Of a stretch of 64,000 nt of DNA, positions 59,000-64,000 are shown piece after piece. This DNA is from Fervidobacterium sp. (GTDB lineage: Bacteria > Thermotogota > Thermotogae > Thermotogales > Fervidobacteriaceae), in the NCBI GenBank assembly GCA_049970055.1, contig JBMFNR010000001.1, forward strand, positions 231,200-295,199. Direction: 5' to 3'. Under the pieces are notes generated by a model. It searched no databases, was not told the DNA's origin, and was given only the letters and a program-made list of their open reading frames with translations. Each line of letters starts with the position of its first letter. The first letter of the stretch is position 1. The translations under genes and the position numbers were made by a program.

Positions 59000-60031
59000 T
59001 TGGAAATGGCAAAGTCTGGAAATTTAACAGATCTAGTAAAGAGACTTACAATGGCGAGAAGCCCAAGTGGAAGAGAATCTGAAATCACAGGTGTTATCCT
59101 CGAGGAATTGGAAGGATACGTCGATGGCTACAAGATAGACAAGGTTGGAAATTTAATCGTGTGGAAGAGTGGCAAGACAGACAAAAAGATACTACTCGAT
59201 GCGCACATGGACGAGATAGGTGTTGTGGTAACAAACATTGATGACAATGGTTTTTTAAAGATAGACAGAGTTGGTGGTGTCTCGCCATACACGATTTATC
59301 AAAATCGTATCAAGTTCGGTGATGTCATCGGTATAGTCGGAATCGAAGGTGAAACAGCAGATGAACTCCAAAACAATATTCAGAAAATGTCTTTTGAGAA
59401 GTTATTCGTTGATATCGGTGCAAAGTCGAGGCAAGAAGCGGAAAAAATGTGTCCAATTGGTACATTCGGTACATTTGACAGCTATTTTTACGAGCAAGGG
59501 GATTACATGGTAAGTAAATCAATGGATGATAGGATAGGCTGCGCTGTTATTATAGAAGTATTCAGAAGGCTTTCTTCACCCAGTAACACAATCTACGGTG
59601 TTTTCGCAGTACAAGAAGAAGTAGGTTTAATAGGTGCGCATGTTGCTGGATACGATATCAATCCTGATGTTGCTATAGCAATAGATGTGACAGCCGTAGG
59701 AGATACTCCGAAAGGCATGAAGAGAATACCGATGGAACTCGGCAAAGGTGCATGTATAAAAGTCAAGGATATGGCATCTATTAGCAATAGACACATAGTG
59801 GATGAACTAAAAGAAGTAGCACAAAGACATAATATACCGCATCAGATGGAAGTACTCATATTTGGTGGTACAGATGCAGCAGGTTACCAAGCAACGAAAT
59901 CTGGCATCCCAAGTGCTACAATCTCGATTCCAACAAGGTACATCCACACACCAAGTGAAATGGTCTACCAACCCGATGTGGAAGCAGCAATACAGCTAAC
60001 GATAAGATACTGCGAAGAGGGGCTTGAGTAA
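59000..60031 (+). CDS. M42 family aminopeptidase
   Basis: SPSGRE, AHMDEIG, DDRIG, QEEVG, GGTDA, RYIHTP. Confidence 0.93.
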   Translation: MEMAKSGNLTDLVKRLTMARSPSGRESEITGVILEELEGYVDGYKIDKVGNLIVWKSGKTDKKILLDAHMDEIGVVVTNIDDNGFLKIDRVGGVSPYTIYQNRIKFGDVIGIVGIEGETADELQNNIQKMSFEKLFVDIGAKSRQEAEKMCPIGTFGTFDSYFYEQGDYMVSKSMDDRIGCAVIIEVFRRLSSPSNTIYGVFAVQEEVGLIGAHVAGYDINPDVAIAIDVTAVGDTPKGMKRIPMELGKGACIKVKDMASISNRHIVDELKEVAQRHNIPHQMEVLIFGGTDAAGYQATKSGIPSATISIPTRYIHTPSEMVYQPDVEAAIQLTIRYCEEGLE

Positions 60032-60033
60032 AT

Positions 60034-61017
60034 GTGAAGAGGCGTACACCAATTAGTTCAAGGAAATGGCGTGAAATCACAGACTTTGACTTGAAAGTTC
60101 TCTCGATCGTCATAATTGCTCTTAGTTTATCCACCATAACGCTTGCTTTGTATACGTTTTATCTCAAACTCCAAAAATCACAGGTGGATGTTGTTGTGCG
60201 TGAAATAACACCTCAAGAAAGTAAGGCAGTGGAAAAAATTACTAAGACTGCTACTCAAACGACAATAATTTTGGAAAGCACTCCGGAAACGCTTACTATG
60301 CTAAATTCAACGAATACGTTAAATACGTCAAGCGAAAGGGCCTTAGCTGTGGATGAAAATGGGCTTAAAACTGATCAAAAAAGCATAAACAACGAAACAC
60401 AAATAAGAATTCTTTCACAATCTGACAAAAACCAGGCTGGCCAAGAGCAGGAAACAACATCAACAAGAGTATCTGTACAAGTAACGCAGCAAGCTACGCA
60501 AAACGCATCTATTACATCTACTATATCCACTACACAAAGTGAAAATAAATATCTAAAAGATTTAACAAAGTTTGATTACAATATATTGGTTTCTCGTATG
60601 GCTGAAAACCTACCGGCGCGTGCTTTAAACGAGGTATATGTATACGTAGTAGACAGTGAAAATGCGCTAAGGTTAGCAAAATCTACACAAAATTACGTTA
60701 TAGATCAAGCAGGCAGCGGGAAGTACCTTGTATTAACAATTGATAACATATTGCCAGATTTAAAACCAGTCAATAGAGTATACACAGTAATTACGGAACC
60801 TACGAGAGATTCAAAAGAAGCATTCAAGTCCGTTGTGAATTTCCGTACATTTGGAATTAGTGCTTTCACCATAAGCACAAGTAATGGATATGTTGTCTGT
60901 ATGGGACTTTTCACTTCTGAGAGTGTAGCTAAGAACTTTTATTATTCCCAGGACTGGATGGAACTTTCAAAATACGGCTATGTGAAAGGTGCAAAAGTTA
61001 CAAAGATTGGAGGATAA
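60034..61017 (+). CDS. membrane-anchored protein with Ser/Thr-rich linker and possible SPOR-like C-terminus
   Basis: TM helix, long S/T/Q/N-rich linker, C-terminal YVV.MG.F.S...A motif. Confidence 0.6.
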   Translation: MKRRTPISSRKWREITDFDLKVLSIVIIALSLSTITLALYTFYLKLQKSQVDVVVREITPQESKAVEKITKTATQTTIILESTPETLTMLNSTNTLNTSSERALAVDENGLKTDQKSINNETQIRILSQSDKNQAGQEQETTSTRVSVQVTQQATQNASITSTISTTQSENKYLKDLTKFDYNILVSRMAENLPARALNEVYVYVVDSENALRLAKSTQNYVIDQAGSGKYLVLTIDNILPDLKPVNRVYTVITEPTRDSKEAFKSVVNFRTFGISAFTISTSNGYVVCMGLFTSESVAKNFYYSQDWMELSKYGYVKGAKVTKIGG

Positions 61018-61068
61018 TTGATCTGATTGGTGTAACTAGTTTATTTGCAATGTATTTGGGGGGATAGG

Positions 61069-61755
61069 GTGGGCTTTCTTAGAAAAATATTTGAGAAAGT
61101 CAAAGAGGAGAAATATTTTTTCTTGCTTTTTGCTTTATTGGTGGTACTTACGAGTGCTTTGTATAGACCGTTGCAGTATGTCCAAAATTTTTCTCAAGTA
61201 AGTCAAAGCAGTAATCAAGGTGAAAAGTCGAGCCAAAAAAGAAATTACGAATCACCGATTGTTGATATAAACACGGCAAGTATAGAAACACTCCAAACAC
61301 TTCCCGGTATAGGGCCTTCTAAAGCGAAGGCGATAATCGATAGCAGAAGCAAAAAACCTTTCACAAAGCCTGAAGATTTGAAGAATGTGCCTGGCATAGG
61401 TGACAAAACTTACGAGAAACTGAAAGATAGAATCAAAGTAACCGTGAACTTAGTGAATGCGGCACAAAACACTGATGGTAAGCAAATACAACAAATGCAA
61501 TGCAACACAACTATTGATGCAGATCGAGGCCAACTAGCCGAAGAACAAAAAATCGAAAAGATTAACATTAATACAGCAAACGAGGAGGAACTTCAAACAC
61601 TTCCAGGAATTGGTCCCGCGAAAGCTCAGGCAATCATTGATTATCGAAAAAATTCAGGCGGATTCAAATCAATCGAAGAGTTAAAAAACGTCAAAGGTAT
61701 CGGTGAAAAAACTTATGAAAAATTGAAAAACTTAATTACAATCAACGGTAATTAA
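61069..61755 (+). CDS. comEA: ComEA-like DNA-binding protein with two HhH modules
   Basis: TM helix, then INTA..E.LQTLPGIGP.KA.AII..R...F...E.LKNV.GIG.KTYEKLK twice. Confidence 0.9.
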   Translation: MGFLRKIFEKVKEEKYFFLLFALLVVLTSALYRPLQYVQNFSQVSQSSNQGEKSSQKRNYESPIVDINTASIETLQTLPGIGPSKAKAIIDSRSKKPFTKPEDLKNVPGIGDKTYEKLKDRIKVTVNLVNAAQNTDGKQIQQMQCNTTIDADRGQLAEEQKIEKININTANEEELQTLPGIGPAKAQAIIDYRKNSGGFKSIEELKNVKGIGEKTYEKLKNLITINGN

Positions 61756-61811
61756 ACTGGCTAAGCCGACTAATTCAACTAATTAACTGATCTAGCTGTT
61801 GTAGATGAGAT

Positions 61812-63230
61812 TTAAAAGTACAATTTTCTTACATCATCGTAAACATCAAAGAAGACTTTTACAACCGTTGGATCAAATTTAACACCTATATTTTTCCTGA
61901 TATATTCGATTACGTCTTCTTCTTTCCATGCGGGTCGGTAAACTCTATTGGATAGCAGTGCATCATAAACATCTATCAAACTAACTATCCTTGCTTCCAA
62001 TGGAATCTCCTCACTTTTTAGTCCGTTCGGGTAGCCGCTCCCATCCCAATTTTCATGATGATTAAGTGCCACACTAGCGGCAAGTTGGAAAATTGGATGT
62101 TTAACTGTAGATAATATCTTGTAGCCAATTAAGGTATGCTCTTTCATAATTTCAAATTCTTCATTTGTTAATTGACCTGGTTTTGAAAGTATTGCATCGG
62201 GAATACCTATTTTCCCAACATCGTGCAGCATTGCAGCTATTTCAAACATGTTTACAAATTCTGAACTGTAGCCGAAAAATTGCGCCAAGAATTTCGATAA
62301 TCTTCCCATCCTTTTGACATGTTCACCTGTTTCAACAGAACGAGTTTCGGTAACTTCTGAAATGATGTAAACGATCTCGTAAAGTGTATCTATCAAATCC
62401 TGGGTTAGAAGGTGGTTTTCCACCACCAACGCAAAACGTTCGAAGAATGTTTCAACTAGTGATCGATGAAAATCATCTAAAGACTGGGAAAAGTTTACAT
62501 TTATCAAAGAATATTCATTTATCTTGTTTCTAAACCTTATCCTTAATTGATTTTCAGATTCCCAATGCAAGTGTGAATTTGAATTTTGGACGTGGTTTTC
62601 GTAAGCTGTTGTTTGATGAGTAAAGCTGAGACTGTTACTAAGAATGATGGATATATTGTCCAGTGCCTCAGTCAGAAGATCTATGTACTTTATTTCTGTT
62701 AGTTTATTTGAGACCATCGATGTGTAAAAATTCAACCTTTCAAGTAATTTTCTTTGTGTTTCGATCATCGTTATGTATTTGTACTCTCTCAACTTTGCAA
62801 CTAAGAGTGTGAATAAACCGTTGCTTGAAAGTTCGGATTTTTCCCTGTAATCGTTTATATCGTATTTGAGAATGACCTCTCTTGGTGGAGCGTAACCTGG
62901 TTGACCTGTTCTAATGACAAGTCGAATCTTCGTGTTTCCTAGTTTTTCCCTGATGTAGCTTACCAAATCCAGACCTGAGTTGTCCTTTTCCATAACAACA
63001 TCGATTAGTGCAACGGCAATGTCTGGAACATTTTCAAGTATTTCCATTGCTTCATTCGAAGAATACGCACTGTAAACCTTCACTGGTTTGTTCTCAAAGA
63101 TTATATCTTTTGCTATTATTGATGTAACAGCATGTACGTCGGGTTCATCATCGACTACAAGCACTTTCCAAGGTTTGCCAAAAATATTTTTTTCTTGCCC
63201 TTTCTTCAAAAAATCTGGAGTCATAAGCAC
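61812..63230 (-). CDS. response regulator with HD-GYP c-di-GMP phosphodiesterase domain
   Basis: VVDDEP, IDVVME, RTGQPG; ETGEHV.R, LHDVGKIG, HHENWDGSGYP. Confidence 0.93.
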   Translation of the reverse strand: MLMTPDFLKKGQEKNIFGKPWKVLVVDDEPDVHAVTSIIAKDIIFENKPVKVYSAYSSNEAMEILENVPDIAVALIDVVMEKDNSGLDLVSYIREKLGNTKIRLVIRTGQPGYAPPREVILKYDINDYREKSELSSNGLFTLLVAKLREYKYITMIETQRKLLERLNFYTSMVSNKLTEIKYIDLLTEALDNISIILSNSLSFTHQTTAYENHVQNSNSHLHWESENQLRIRFRNKINEYSLINVNFSQSLDDFHRSLVETFFERFALVVENHLLTQDLIDTLYEIVYIISEVTETRSVETGEHVKRMGRLSKFLAQFFGYSSEFVNMFEIAAMLHDVGKIGIPDAILSKPGQLTNEEFEIMKEHTLIGYKILSTVKHPIFQLAASVALNHHENWDGSGYPNGLKSEEIPLEARIVSLIDVYDALLSNRVYRPAWKEEDVIEYIRKNIGVKFDPTVVKVFFDVYDDVRKLYF

Positions 63231-63252
63231 ACCTACCTTAAAAAAGATACTT

Positions 63253-64000
63253 TTACTCTTCGATGGGCACCGTTATTTTGAATTTTGTACCTCTCATCTT
63301 TTCACTTTCCAGTTCTATATCTCCTTTGAGTACATCCACCACTAACTGATAAACTATACTAAGCCCAAGCCCACTGCCAGAATACGTGTTAGTACTATAA
63401 AATGGTTCGAATGCACGTCTTTTTGTTTCTTCATCCATTCCTTTTCCGTCATCGGAAAATTCCATAACCATAGACGAACCCACTTTTTTAAAAGTGATAT
63501 TTATTGTTCCTTGGTTATCGTAATCAAAGGCATGCACAATTGCATTATCAATTAAATTCATAATTATCTGAGCCCATGCACCTGGAACGGTCTTAACTTC
63601 CAAATCATCCGGTACATCCACTTTTACATTTATCTTTGTTTTCCTAAGTTTTGGATGCATTATATTTAGGATATCTTGAACGATGCCTTTCATTTTTACC
63701 ATTGAATAGCTTTGGTTCACTTCGTTTACAACTACTTTCTTTAAACTTTGGACAAGTTCTTTTATTCTCTGAGTATTTCTAATCATAATGTTTGTTAAAT
63801 CATCGCAAATGGCAAGGCAATCTCTGAGCTCTTCCTCCGTAAGTTCGTTGTTATCCAATTGGTTCTTTACGTATGTTAGTCTGTCCCTCATATCTGTGAG
63901 TGATGAGTATATGATGCCTGTTGGTGTGTTCACATCGTGGGCTATGTTCATCATCAACTTTCCAAGTGCGGCCATTTTTTCGGAGTTAATGACTTTTTGT
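63253..64000 (-). CDS. sensor histidine kinase, C-terminal part (N-terminus beyond the window)
   Basis: Frame open to the window end (QKVINSEKMAALG), H-box AHDVNTP, NLIDNA, DDGKGM, FEPFYST, GSGLGL. Confidence 0.92.
   Translation of the reverse strand, partial: QKVINSEKMAALGKLMMNIAHDVNTPTGIIYSSLTDMRDRLTYVKNQLDNNELTEEELRDCLAICDDLTNIMIRNTQRIKELVQSLKKVVVNEVNQSYSMVKMKGIVQDILNIMHPKLRKTKINVKVDVPDDLEVKTVPGAWAQIIMNLIDNAIVHAFDYDNQGTINITFKKVGSSMVMEFSDDGKGMDEETKRRAFEPFYSTNTYSGSGLGLSIVYQLVVDVLKGDIELESEKMRGTKFKITVPIEE

Noticed and set aside
61752..61811. Short AACTAATT-like repeats between comEA and the HD-GYP gene
   Set aside because: Short, AT-rich and irregular; no stable hairpin or clear unit
1..64000. 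Mobile elements, prophage, defence island, tRNA or rRNA
   Set aside because: No transposase, integrase, phage or recognisable defence genes; intergenic gaps are short and lack RNA-gene signatures

Overview
64 kb of AT-rich, gene-dense bacterial chromosome. Gene content and protein style suggest Thermotogota, probably Fervidobacterium-like (inference, not a database match). Almost all is housekeeping. In order: a partial 2,4-diaminopentanoate dehydrogenase-like gene; a small protein made almost wholly of Thr/Glu tandem repeats; flgM-flgN-flgK-flgL-trmN6-purB; rlmH, a NYN protein, DUF501, prmA and a LysM/M23 peptidase; mnmG, an amidohydrolase, pfkA, a Lon-like protease, ispE, a NUDIX protein and a GlmL-like reactivase; a monosaccharide ABC transporter with ROK repressor; lemA and purFNHDM; rpoZ-gmk-remA-yicC; transketolase, Fe-ADH, PqaA and a secreted GH13; a long plus-strand run (response regulator, Trk, AMMECR1, MFS, trmI, ctpA, MMPL, GT4); rsgA, PASTA, rlmN and two further radical SAM genes; M42, ComEA and a kinase/HD-GYP pair. 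I saw no rRNA, tRNA, CRISPR array, IS or prophage. The best leads are the mucin-like VNTR protein, N-X-S/T sequon clustering in exported linkers, a CTG-initiated prmA, a PurH lacking the IMP cyclohydrolase domain, a reactivase displaced from the ornithine genes, and an MMPL+GT4 lipid module.
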